32,000 bases of DNA, taken from contig NZ_CP019384.1 of assembly GCF_004102945.1 (NCBI RefSeq), forward strand, positions 1,170,001-1,202,000. Reading direction: 5' to 3'. Positions 17,768 through 26,239 of this stretch are shown in pieces (within the stretch, counting starts at the first letter, position 1; the number at the start of each line of letters is the position of its first letter). The DNA is from Candidatus Velamenicoccus archaeovorus (lineage in GTDB: Bacteria > Omnitrophota > Gorgyraeia > Velamenicoccales > Velamenicoccaceae). The notes under the pieces are model-generated. The model had not been told where the DNA came from, searched no databases, and saw only the letters and a list, made by a program, of their open reading frames with translations. Both the position numbers and the translations under genes were made by a program.

Positions 17768-18901
17768 TTATTCTGCAATATCTTGACCAGTGTTAAAGAT
17801 CTTAAAGCGCTCGGAAGACTCCTTTATATCCGACTGGGCCATAATGATGCCGCCGTAAGTATTCTGCTCGTTATATTCGCTCTGTCCACCGCCGACGCTC
17901 CTAGTCGAAAGCGGCGGAACATATTTGTGAACTAACAGGTTGCCACCGGCCCCCTTCTTTAACAAGCCTTTTGAGATATCCTCAAATTCGAAGATGTAAA
18001 TTCCGCCATACTCCAAATGAGGCAGCAACCATCTCTGCCTTATGGGAGAAACCAGAAGGAACAGCCTGCCGTTCTGTTCAGCCAAGCTCGAAGATGTAAA
18101 GGAATCGAAACCCAACTTCTTGGCGTCCGCTATGGACGTAAGGACACCAATATATTTCCAGGTCTCACCGTGGTCTGCGGAAGACAACAAAATCGTCTTC
18201 TGGCCCTGGTGCTTTATTATGGCGCTCAAGGTCAGATAAATAACGCCGTCATGAACCAGCGACCCTGGTTCTTCGTAAAAAACCACATTTTTGAGGTCCG
18301 CAGAAAAATCATTCAGGTCATGCTTTGCGCTGCAGACCGGCAATTTGCAATATTTTGAACCGAATAAAGGAATTTCTTGCGCCGAAGAAAGAGCCTCGGG
18401 AGTAGCGGCATATCTATAAGCGATGTAGACTTGCGGCCAAGAAGTAGCTCTCCTCAACTCGCCAAATTTCTTGGGTTTTTTGGAAAATCCCACCGCAGTG
18501 AATAATTTCCATCTCCTGGCGGCAACTGGGTCGGTAGGATCAAAAAGTAAAGTCGGGGTTTCCTCCCTGCAGAAACCCTCAACGGCTTTTCCGTTTATAA
18601 CAAGAATTTTATCGTAAGCATGATTGGCCTCGCTGATTTTTGTCCACGTCCTCCCATGGTCAAGACTTTTCGCCAAATGCGTTTCAATATAAAAGGGTAT
18701 GTTCAACTTGACATTAATTGCGGAGTACGCCAACCAACCTATGCCGCTATCATCATATTCAACAGAAGGATCATATGCCCCCAACAAAGAATCTTCTCCG
18801 ACGATATTGATTTTTTCAGAACCTCGATCGTTGCCGACGGCCGAGACATGATCTGCGGCCAGAATACAACCTGCCAAAAGCAATGAAATGAATAAATCCA
18901 T
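17768..18901 (-). CDS. BNR/Asp-box repeat (sialidase-like beta-propeller) lipoprotein
   Basis: Two Asp-boxes, SLDHGRTW and SADHGETW. The start at MDLFISLLLAGC gives a lipobox (LAGC). An alternative upstream ATG at 18976 would add 25 aa. Confidence 0.7.
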   Translation of the reverse strand: MDLFISLLLAGCILAADHVSAVGNDRGSEKINIVGEDSLLGAYDPSVEYDDSGIGWLAYSAINVKLNIPFYIETHLAKSLDHGRTWTKISEANHAYDKILVINGKAVEGFCREETPTLLFDPTDPVAARRWKLFTAVGFSKKPKKFGELRRATSWPQVYIAYRYAATPEALSSAQEIPLFGSKYCKLPVCSAKHDLNDFSADLKNVVFYEEPGSLVHDGVIYLTLSAIIKHQGQKTILLSSADHGETWKYIGVLTSIADAKKLGFDSFTSSSLAEQNGRLFLLVSPIRQRWLLPHLEYGGIYIFEFEDISKGLLKKGAGGNLLVHKYVPPLSTRSVGGGQSEYNEQNTYGGIIMAQSDIKESSERFKIFNTGQDIAE

Positions 18902-19019
18902 TTTTCTCTTCGTACAAAAAGAAATATCGCGCTCTCTTTTGTCCCTGTCGCTCAAAACGAAACGCCTCATTTCCACAGCCCTTCTGCGGTCGGCCTTGCC
19001 GGATATAATCGCCTATCTT

Positions 19020-19235
19020 TCAGTCGACAGCCAAAACCGCCCTTGGATCCCAAAACATCGAACCGAAAGAAGCCTTTTTTATGGCTTCTTCGTACTGCCG
19101 CTGCGTGATCTCGCCGATAATCATCCTGGCTTGAAGTCTCACCCTGGTCACGGCGACCGCCTTCTGCACGCGGCCGCTGTACACAAACAACAGAAGCCCC
19201 GCAATCACAATGACGCTAAAGACAACTCGTTTCAT
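19020..19235 (-). CDS. Small membrane-anchored hypothetical protein (71 aa)
   Basis: N-terminal TM segment VVFSVIVIAGLLLFVY. Strong SD AGGAGG 5 nt upstream. ATGA overlap with the preceding small ORF. Confidence 0.5.
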   Translation of the reverse strand: MKRVVFSVIVIAGLLLFVYSGRVQKAVAVTRVRLQARMIIGEITQRQYEEAIKKASFGSMFWDPRAVLAVD

Positions 19236-19405
19236 GTCTGCCTCCTGGCGATATATCCCATAATTTCAGCGGATAAAATAATCGAAAAAGCATGCTGGCC
19301 GCCGGCGTCCAGCCAAGTCATAACATACCCACATCTATAAACAGCCTTTTCTTTCTCACAGCTCTGCGTCACAGCCCTCTGCCGTCGCCCCGACGCCCCC
19401 CCCAC
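19232..19405 (-). CDS. Small hypothetical ORF, start uncertain (GTG 19405 or ATG 19321)
   Basis: The only support is the ATGA stop/start coupling with the downstream 71-aa gene. The upstream part of the 84-aa track ORF overlaps the methyltransferase. Confidence 0.25.
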   Translation of the reverse strand: MGGASGRRQRAVTQSCEKEKAVYRCGYVMTWLDAGGQHAFSIILSAEIMGYIARRQT

Positions 19406-19436
19406 ATCGTACCCGGGCCTCTTTCCATCGAACAAA

Positions 19437-20114
19437 CTATTTTTGGCCGCCGAAAACAGCAAAGTGATAATATTTCCATACGACATCGATATGCCGGAAA
19501 CCGGCCCCCTTCAACCACGCCATCTCGTCGGAAATCTTAAAAGGATGATCCTCCCTTTCATATCGCCGCCGGCGCTCGTTCATATCCTTTTCGGACATGT
19601 GCCGGGACAAAAACCTCTTCCACATCTCAAGGTTTAGGCGCTGCAAACAATCCGTCTCACCAAGCACCAGATCCGCCAGATACAAAACGCCTCCCTTCCT
19701 GAGGCCGCGGCGGATCTTTGCGTAAAGTTTCAGTTTTTCCCCTCCGCGGCGCAGATGATGCAGAGTCAAAGAAGACACGACCGCGTCAAAACCGGAATAA
19801 TCAAATGTGCGCACGTCGGAAACGACATAACGGATATCGCGAAAATCCCGGAGTTTGTTTTTGGCGATCTCCAGCATGTTCTCCGAAAAATCAACGCAGG
19901 TGATCCGGGCCTTCGGGAAATGCTCCTTGATCTTTTTGGAGATCGACCCTGTCCCACATCCTAGATCCAGGATCCTTTTGGCATCATTTTTCTTAAAAGG
20001 CAGCGCCGACACCAAGGCCTCCAGCATATCCGCATAGAACGGCACCGACTTGACGACCCTCGCATCGAAGGTGCCCGCTTCGTCCTGAAAATGTTTCTTC
20101 ACGCGATCGATCAT
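19437..20114 (-). CDS. Class I SAM-dependent methyltransferase
   Basis: ILDLGCGTGSISKKI (motif I), VDFSENML and LKKGGVLYLAD. 225 aa. SD GGGGAGA. Confidence 0.85.
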   Translation of the reverse strand: MIDRVKKHFQDEAGTFDARVVKSVPFYADMLEALVSALPFKKNDAKRILDLGCGTGSISKKIKEHFPKARITCVDFSENMLEIAKNKLRDFRDIRYVVSDVRTFDYSGFDAVVSSLTLHHLRRGGEKLKLYAKIRRGLRKGGVLYLADLVLGETDCLQRLNLEMWKRFLSRHMSEKDMNERRRRYEREDHPFKISDEMAWLKGAGFRHIDVVWKYYHFAVFGGQK

Positions 20115-20126
20115 TCCATCTCCCCT

Positions 20127-20543
20127 TTAAAGTTTGATATATTCCTTGGGCTCCAGGTTTGTCTCCATGGTCCAGATGGTAGCCACCCCGCCCTTGATCC
20201 GCCAGACAGTCAAAAAATCCAGGCCGCGCTCTTCGATCCACGGCTTCAAAAACGGCCTGTTCTTCACGATCTCCTTTTTGAGTGCCTCATCCCTCACCGC
20301 CTCAACCTTACCGGCGATCCTGACCTGCTTATTCTCCGTCTGGCTAAAGCAGCACAGCTCTACCTCGGGATTGCGCTCAAGCTGCTTCTGAAGATCTTTT
20401 GTCCTGCCCGTATGAAAAATAATGCCATTTTCATCCACGAGATACAACATCATTCCCCGTACGTGCGGCCTCTTGCCTTCAACCGTCGCCAGATAGACAA
20501 TCGGATTCCGTTTGATGAAATCAATGATCTCTTGTTTATCCAT
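20127..20543 (-). CDS. Pyridoxamine 5'-phosphate oxidase-like (split-barrel FMN-binding) family protein
   Basis: 138 aa. MDKQEIIDFIKRNPIVYLATVEGKRPHVRGMM...PEVELCCF pattern, typical of general-stress/PNPOx-like proteins. SD GGAGGA. Confidence 0.75.
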   Translation of the reverse strand: MDKQEIIDFIKRNPIVYLATVEGKRPHVRGMMLYLVDENGIIFHTGRTKDLQKQLERNPEVELCCFSQTENKQVRIAGKVEAVRDEALKKEIVKNRPFLKPWIEERGLDFLTVWRIKGGVATIWTMETNLEPKEYIKL

Positions 20544-20563
20544 GCAATCCTCCGTATCTCACG

Positions 20564-20674
20564 CTAATACGCGTAATGGCTCCCCCGGCGCTTCTTGTCC
20601 ATCAGATAGCCGACATAGAGGACTACCCCAAACCCCGCCAAAAATATCCAAAAAATATACACGTCAGGTTTCAT
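20564..20674 (-). CDS. 36-aa single-TM peptide
   Basis: MKPDVYIFWIFLAGFGVVLYVGYLMDKKRRGSHYAY. SD GGAGAG 4 nt upstream. Lies 20 nt upstream of the PNPOx-like gene. Confidence 0.4.
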   Translation of the reverse strand: MKPDVYIFWIFLAGFGVVLYVGYLMDKKRRGSHYAY

Positions 20675-20832
20675 CGTCTCTCCATTCAAAAACACTCCAT
20701 CCTTAAATCGAGAACTTACCCCCCCAGACACTAGACTTACAACACAACAGCCAAACGCCAATCATAAATCTCGCTTGTCATCTATAGCCACTATCCATTC
20801 TGCTCGCGGCGTTGGAACCTACTTCAAATACC

Positions 20833-21319
20833 TCATGCGCTCTTTTCAGGGCCCTCTCTGCTTTTACTCTTTCCCTCTTCACTTCTTGAACTTGTGTCCA
20901 TGAGATAGTTGCCGCAATTATCGCAACCATAATTGTAAGTGTTTGAAAAAAACATATCTTCTACGCGAAAAAATCTTGTGTACTTTATCTTCTGGAAAAT
21001 CGTATCCTTTAACATTGTATAAGACAGGCAAAAATGCCTGACATGTTTTAAAAGCACTGAAATCACTTGCACCGAGAACAGCTCCGGGTAAATTTGACCA
21101 TTTACAAGAACCTTGTAACAAAAACGGGGATTCTCGAATCGACTGATGCTTTCCTTCTTTTGGTTCAAAATATATACAATATCTACATTGAGAAAAACCT
21201 AAAAAATAAAATATTGATCTCAGTAATTTACTCGCCAAAGACTTCTCCCAATACCATTCTTTATAAAAACTGTGCATACGCTTAATGCTGACTCTAATCT
21301 GTTTTTCTTCAGATTTCAT
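20833..21319 (-). pseudogene. AT-rich ORF pair in two overlapping frames (133 aa and 111 aa); possibly one frameshifted gene with two CxxC pairs
   Basis: Frame A (21319-20918) contains CRYC. Frame B (21168-20833) contains CDNC. The frames overlap over 20918-21168. Composition is visibly AT-rich relative to the flanks. No family recognised. Confidence 0.3.
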
Positions 21320-21912
21320 AGTTACCCTTCTTCCTGACCTATCTTCTTGTCTAACAAATTATTGTATCAAAAAACCTTCCATGCTTCTCTTGCTGTCGCG
21401 AACGAATGTGAGCGACAGTTCAGGTTTGAGCGAGACGAAGGCGAGCGATTTGATTTCGCCTCCGGCGAAATCATCCCGCAGCCAGCGAAGTAAAACTCAT
21501 GTGCACCTCTGGTGCTTGCGCATGAGATTTACGAGCATCTTTGGCAAGGGGTCATTTCTTCTTCCTTCCTCGCTGCAGGAAAAGACCGACGTTACAAGAG
21601 CCAGGGCCGGCCTTTTTGAAGCAAGTTGGAACGACATATCCTATTGTATCACAACTATCTTTGAGGCAAATGTTCTGCTTCTTCTCCCCGCCCCACCCAA
21701 AAGAAGCGGATAGCCCACCGGCTATATTCAAGAAAAGCGCAAGGCCCTGCGAAGCAGACAATCAGAAATTTTTTGGCAAAGGTTGGCAAGGATTTACGAC
21801 AAGGGTATAGCGACAATCCTCTATGGAGCGTCATACCCTTGGCGTAAACCGCAGCCAACGGCAAAAAATTTCGTCTGCGAACAGGGCCTTGCGCAAACCG
21901 CCAATAAAGCTG

Positions 21913-24015
21913 CTATCCCACTTCGACAAACCTCTCAAACTCCGGAAACCGCCTGTAAAGCTGGCGCTTGAGCTCCGCATTCTTCGGGTCAGCGAGCTTG
22001 GGATCGCGCTCGATAAGTTTGTGCGCGTCTTCGCGCGCGGCCTTAAGAAGATGCATCTGCGCCAGGGGATCGGCGATCTTTAAATCCGCCAGGCCGTGCT
22101 GGCGCTCGCCAAAGAACTCTCCCGGCCCCCTGATCTTTAAATCCTCTTCGGCTATTTTAAACCCATCTGTCGTCGCCACAAAGGCTTTGATGCGCGCCTG
22201 CGCGTCTTCGGACTTCGGGTCGGCGACAAGAAGACAATGGGATTCATGTACGCCGCGACCGATGCGGCCGCGCATCTGATGAAGCTGGGACAAGCCGAAG
22301 CGCTCGGCATGCTCGATGACCATGACCGTGGCATTGGCCACGTCGATACCCACCTCGAGGACGGTCGTCGCGACCAGGACATCGACCTTGCCGTCACGGA
22401 ACTTTTTCATGGTCTTTTCCTGCTCATCCCTCTTCATCTTGCCGTAAACCAGGCCGACCTTCAGGTCTTTAAAGATTTCATCTTTGAACTCTTTATACAT
22501 CGACTTGGCCGCGCGCAATTCAAGCTTTTCGCTCTCCTCGACAAGAGGATAGATCAGATAGGCCTGACGCCCCTTTTTGACTTCTTCTCTCACGAAATCA
22601 TAGGCCTTCTGCCGCTCCTCGATGGCAAGCGCCTGCGTCATTATTTTTCCACGGCCCGCCGGCATCTGGGTGATCGTCGACAGATCCAGGTCCCCGTAAA
22701 GGGTCAAGGACAGCGTCCGGGGGATAGGCGTCGCCGTCATGATAAGGCAATCGGGATTGACACCCTTGCGGGGCAACAATGCCCGCTGGGAAACACCAAA
22801 TTTATGCTGCTCATCGATCACGATCAACCCCAGTTTATGGAACACAACGCCCTCTTCGAGGAGCGCGTGCGTACCGATGACGATATCGACACTGCCGTTC
22901 TTGATCCCTGCGAGCGTCGCTTTCTTTTCTTCGTCATCCAGGCTGCTCGTCAACACCCCGATCTTAGGCTTTTTCTGTTCTCTGTGCTCTGCAATCTGTA
23001 ATCCTGTCAACAGCTGGCATATTTTTTCGACATGCTGTTGGGCGAGAATCTCCGTCGGCACCATGAACGCCGCCTGCCAGCCGCACGTCACGGCCCCAAG
23101 CGCGGCCAGAAGCGCGACGACCGTCTTGCCGCACCCCACGTCCCCTTGCAGGAGCCGCTGCATGGGGCGCGGCGAGCGCATGTCCGAGACGATCTCCTGA
23201 AGACATTTCTTTTGCGAATCGGTCAATGCAAAAGGAAGTTTGCCGAAGAAACTCTCAAGAGCGCTCTCCTTGACGTCGAAAACGATCCCCGCCTTGTCTC
23301 TGCGTTTGAGCTTGCGCAGGATAAGCGGGATTTGGTAGAGAAAAAATTCCTCGAAAGCAAGCCGCTGGTAGGCGCGAAGCCGCATTTTCTCGTTTTGAGG
23401 AAAATGGATGTTCAAAAGGCTTTGCGCGATATTGAGCAGGCTATGCCGGGCACGGACGTCGTAGGGCAGGAGCTCCTGCAGGCGGGTTATCTGGCTCTCA
23501 AGAACAGACTTGATCAGCTTACGCAGGACCCTTTGAGAAAACCCCTGAGGGAGGCGGTAAATCGGGACGATACGGCCGACATCCAGGCCCGCCTCCTTGT
23601 CTTCGATGATCTCAAAATCCGGCGAAGACATCTGGATCTTATCGCGGTAGAGATCCGCCTTGCCATAAAGGATCACCTGGTCGCCGACATTGAAGTATTT
23701 ATGGAGAAACGGCTGATTGAACCAGACCGCAAAGATGCGCCCCGTCCCGTCAGCGACAGAGATCTCGAAGATGTCGATGCCGCGGCGCAGGTAAGCGGGC
23801 CGACCCTTCTTGGAAATAACTTCCCCTTTAACGGTCACGGTCGAACCGATATCGACAGAGCCGATGGGCTTAAACTGCGACCTGTCTTCATAACGCCTGG
23901 GAAAATAATAAAGGAGGTCTTCGAGGAGGTTGATGCCGGTGCGGCCCAAATCCTGGGCCCGCTTCGGCCCAATGCCTTTGAGATACTGAACCGGCGAACT
24001 TAAAATAGGGATCAT
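21913..24015 (-). CDS. recG: ATP-dependent DNA helicase RecG
   Basis: MIPILSSPVQYLKGIGPKRAQDL...FPRRYEDRS (wedge-domain N-terminus), GDVGCGKT (Walker A), DEQHKFG (DEQH box) and QLHQMRGRIGRG. Start trimmed from 24105 to avoid a 77-nt overlap with the pilin gene. Confidence 0.92.
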   Translation of the reverse strand: MIPILSSPVQYLKGIGPKRAQDLGRTGINLLEDLLYYFPRRYEDRSQFKPIGSVDIGSTVTVKGEVISKKGRPAYLRRGIDIFEISVADGTGRIFAVWFNQPFLHKYFNVGDQVILYGKADLYRDKIQMSSPDFEIIEDKEAGLDVGRIVPIYRLPQGFSQRVLRKLIKSVLESQITRLQELLPYDVRARHSLLNIAQSLLNIHFPQNEKMRLRAYQRLAFEEFFLYQIPLILRKLKRRDKAGIVFDVKESALESFFGKLPFALTDSQKKCLQEIVSDMRSPRPMQRLLQGDVGCGKTVVALLAALGAVTCGWQAAFMVPTEILAQQHVEKICQLLTGLQIAEHREQKKPKIGVLTSSLDDEEKKATLAGIKNGSVDIVIGTHALLEEGVVFHKLGLIVIDEQHKFGVSQRALLPRKGVNPDCLIMTATPIPRTLSLTLYGDLDLSTITQMPAGRGKIMTQALAIEERQKAYDFVREEVKKGRQAYLIYPLVEESEKLELRAAKSMYKEFKDEIFKDLKVGLVYGKMKRDEQEKTMKKFRDGKVDVLVATTVLEVGIDVANATVMVIEHAERFGLSQLHQMRGRIGRGVHESHCLLVADPKSEDAQARIKAFVATTDGFKIAEEDLKIRGPGEFFGERQHGLADLKIADPLAQMHLLKAAREDAHKLIERDPKLADPKNAELKRQLYRRFPEFERFVEVG

Positions 24016-24028
24016 CGCAGGCGGCCGA

Positions 24029-24412
24029 TCACGGGATGCAATCGGTCCCCGCGCAAGCCGTCCGCACCCCTTGAGCGTTGAATGTGTATGTCGCGGCACC
24101 CCCATCCACGCGTATGGTGAATGTGCCGCCGGACGCCGTCACGCGGTAATTATCGAAATAGGTGTCCCGGATATGCAGGCCGAGGCGCGTATTGGTATTG
24201 GCCGTATCCGTCGTCGACCAAAACGCCCTGGTATTCAAATAATAGAGCCGTTCGGCAGCCGCGATCACCTGCACTTGGGCCGTCGCGCCCCTGAGTTCGT
24301 TTTTGCGGCGCTGGAAATTATAATTGATATATGTGATGGAACTGACAATGCCCAGAATAACAACGGTCACGATCAATTCCACCAGAGTAAATCCTGATAT
24401 TTTTTTCTTCAT
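24029..24412 (-). CDS. Type IV pilin-like protein (prepilin N-terminal cleavage/methylation domain)
   Basis: MKKKISG|FTLVELIVTVVILGIV. Canonical G/FTLxE prepilin signal. C-terminal Cys pair (CAGTDC). SD GAGGGGG. Confidence 0.8.
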   Translation of the reverse strand: MKKKISGFTLVELIVTVVILGIVSSITYINYNFQRRKNELRGATAQVQVIAAAERLYYLNTRAFWSTTDTANTNTRLGLHIRDTYFDNYRVTASGGTFTIRVDGGAATYTFNAQGVRTACAGTDCIP

Positions 24413-24422
24413 GGCTGCCCCC

Positions 24423-24821
24423 TCAATAGGGAGATGTATTGGTGACAGCGCCTGTCAACAAATTGATGGAAATCTGGTTTGCCGCGATCCCCTGGCGCGT
24501 TGCTGTAACCGTCGTCGGGTTAGCGCTGCTACCGGGAGAAAACGTATAATTAAAAAACCTGCCGCTCAAACTGTTAGGATTGCCCATCCCCAGCCTGCTC
24601 CATTTGTTGTTATCGGCTGCGGGAAGGGTCGAGGTATTGTCGTCAACATACCTCTGATAACCGGCATATGCCTTATAAAGTATTTCCCTGGCTTCCGCCC
24701 CCCTGGAACGCTCGACAATAGCTAACATACGCGGGACAGAAATACCTGCCAGAATGCCGATCACAATGACAACCAGCATAATTTCCATCAATGAGTAACC
24801 CCATCTATGGAATATCTTCAT
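24423..24821 (-). CDS. Type IV pilin-like protein (prepilin N-terminal cleavage/methylation domain)
   Basis: MKIFHRWG|YSLMEIMLVVIVIGILAGI. Gly at -1, Glu at +5 and a hydrophobic helix. Confidence 0.8.
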   Translation of the reverse strand: MKIFHRWGYSLMEIMLVVIVIGILAGISVPRMLAIVERSRGAEAREILYKAYAGYQRYVDDNTSTLPAADNNKWSRLGMGNPNSLSGRFFNYTFSPGSSANPTTVTATRQGIAANQISINLLTGAVTNTSPY

Positions 24822-24828
24822 ACAAGGG

Positions 24829-24857
24829 ATTTTAATATAAAAATGGTCTTATTGCAA
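24829..24857 (-). promoter_or_regulatory. Sigma70-type promoter for the pilin genes (TTGCAA-N17-TAAAAT); leaderless geometry
   Basis: Minus strand reads TTGCAAtaagaccatttttatatTAAAATcccttgt-ATG. The ATG begins 7 nt after the -10 box and there is no SD. Confidence 0.55.
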
Positions 24858-24916
24858 CATATTCGGACATCTTTATTTCCAAAAGAACTTGCGGACAAAA
24901 GGTGCGGGGCTCTCCC

Positions 24917-24950
24917 AAAAAAGAAACCCCCGTGGCATCACCAGCGGGGG
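24917..24950 (-). terminator. Rho-independent terminator of the rrn operon
   Basis: Stem CCCCCGTGG/CCA(G)CGGGGG (24927-24935 / 24941-24950), followed on the minus strand by TTTCTTTTTT. Lies 12 nt after 5S. Confidence 0.75.
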
Positions 24951-24961
24951 CTTGAAATTAA

Positions 24962-25075
24962 GAGGCGCCTATCTACTCTCCCGGATCCTTGCGAACCAAG
25001 TACCATCGACCTTGAGGAGCTTAACTACCGTATTCGGAATGGGAACGGGTGTTTCCTCCTCAGTATGGACGCCTC
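24962..25075 (-). rRNA. rrf: 5S ribosomal RNA
   Basis: Minus strand reads GAGGCGUCCAUACUGAGGAGGAAACACCCGUUCCCAUUCCGAAUACGGUAGUUAAGCUCCUCAAGGUCGAUGGUACUUGG...GGGAGAGUAGAUAGGCGCCUC. Conserved CCGAAC-like loop and a closing helix I. Ends are +/-3 nt. Confidence 0.9.
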
Positions 25076-25550
25076 AAAATTTGCGGAGCAAATTTTGATT
25101 CTGAGGCAACCTTGATTTTTTATCAAGGCCGAAGAATCTTTCTTGAGATGATCCTTCGTTCCTCAGGATCATTGTGTTTTTTCTCTGAAAAAACACAATG
25201 ACAATTCTTATCAGCTTTTCTCGAAAAGCGTCGATTCTTCTCCATCAAAAAGACAAAAAAGCGGTCAAGCCGATCGACAATTAGTATCCTTTAAGCTTAA
25301 ATCCTTGACGGATCTTACACTTAGGACCTATTGACCCGGTAGTCTTCCGGGTGTCTATGTCCGTGTTGCCACGAACGGGAAGTCTATTCTTTGGGCGAGC
25401 TTGGCGCTTATATGCCTTCAGCGCTTATCTCTTCCGAACATGACTACCCAGCCCTTGCCCTTGGCAGGACAGCTGGAACACCAGAGGTTCGTTTGTCCTG
25501 GTCCTCTCGTACTAAGGACAACTCCCATCAAACTTCCTTGCGCCCACACT

Positions 25551-25588
<38 letters not shown>

Positions 25589-26239
25589 ACTCACGTACCC
25601 TTTTAACCGGCGAACAGCCGGACCCTTGGGACCTTCTCCAGCCCCAGGATAGGATGAGCCGACATCGAGGTGCCAAACCGCGCTGTCGATATGAACTCTC
25701 GAGCGCGATAAGCCTGTTATCCCCAGAGTACCTTTTATTTGTTGAGCGATACCAATCCCACTATCTAGTACCGGATCACTAAGCCCTGCTTTCGCATCTG
25801 TTCTCCCTATCGGGATCACAGTCAACCTACCATATGCCTTTACACTCAACAGACGATTGCCGACCGTCTTGAGGTAAGCTTTGGGCTCCGCCGTTATATT
25901 TTAGGAGGAAACCGCCCCAGTCAAACTCCCCGTCTGGCAATGTTCCTTCGCCGGATTCACGGCAGAAGGTTAGAATCTTAATACAATAAGGGTGGTATTT
26001 CACCGACGACTCCATCCGGGCTAACGCCCGGACTTCAAAGTCTCCCACCTATCCTACACAGATCGGATCAAAATTCAATACCAGAGTAGAGTAAAGGTTC
26101 CGGGGTCTTTTCGTCCAAGTGCGGGTAGACAGCGTCTTCACTGTCACCACAATTTCGCCGAGTCCCTCGTTGAGACAGCGCTCAAGTTGTTACACCATTC
26201 GTGCGCGTGGGAACTTACCCCACAAGGAATTTCGCTACC

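Noticed and set aside
21541-21800. TTGGCAAGG / TGGCAAAGGTTGGCAAGG blocks as sigma-54 (-24/-12) promoters.
   Set aside because: The TGGCA elements are not followed by TTGC at the required 4-5 nt spacing on either strand, and no enhancer-binding protein gene is nearby.
24016-24105. Longer recG start at 24105 (730 aa), as in the ORF track.
   Set aside because: It would overlap the pilin gene by 77 nt and add 30 non-conserved residues. The RecG N-terminal consensus begins at the internal MIPILSSPVQYLKGIG. Similar N-terminal over-extensions were trimmed for rpsI, rplM, acpP, fabG, the secreted protein at 6819 and the BNR protein.
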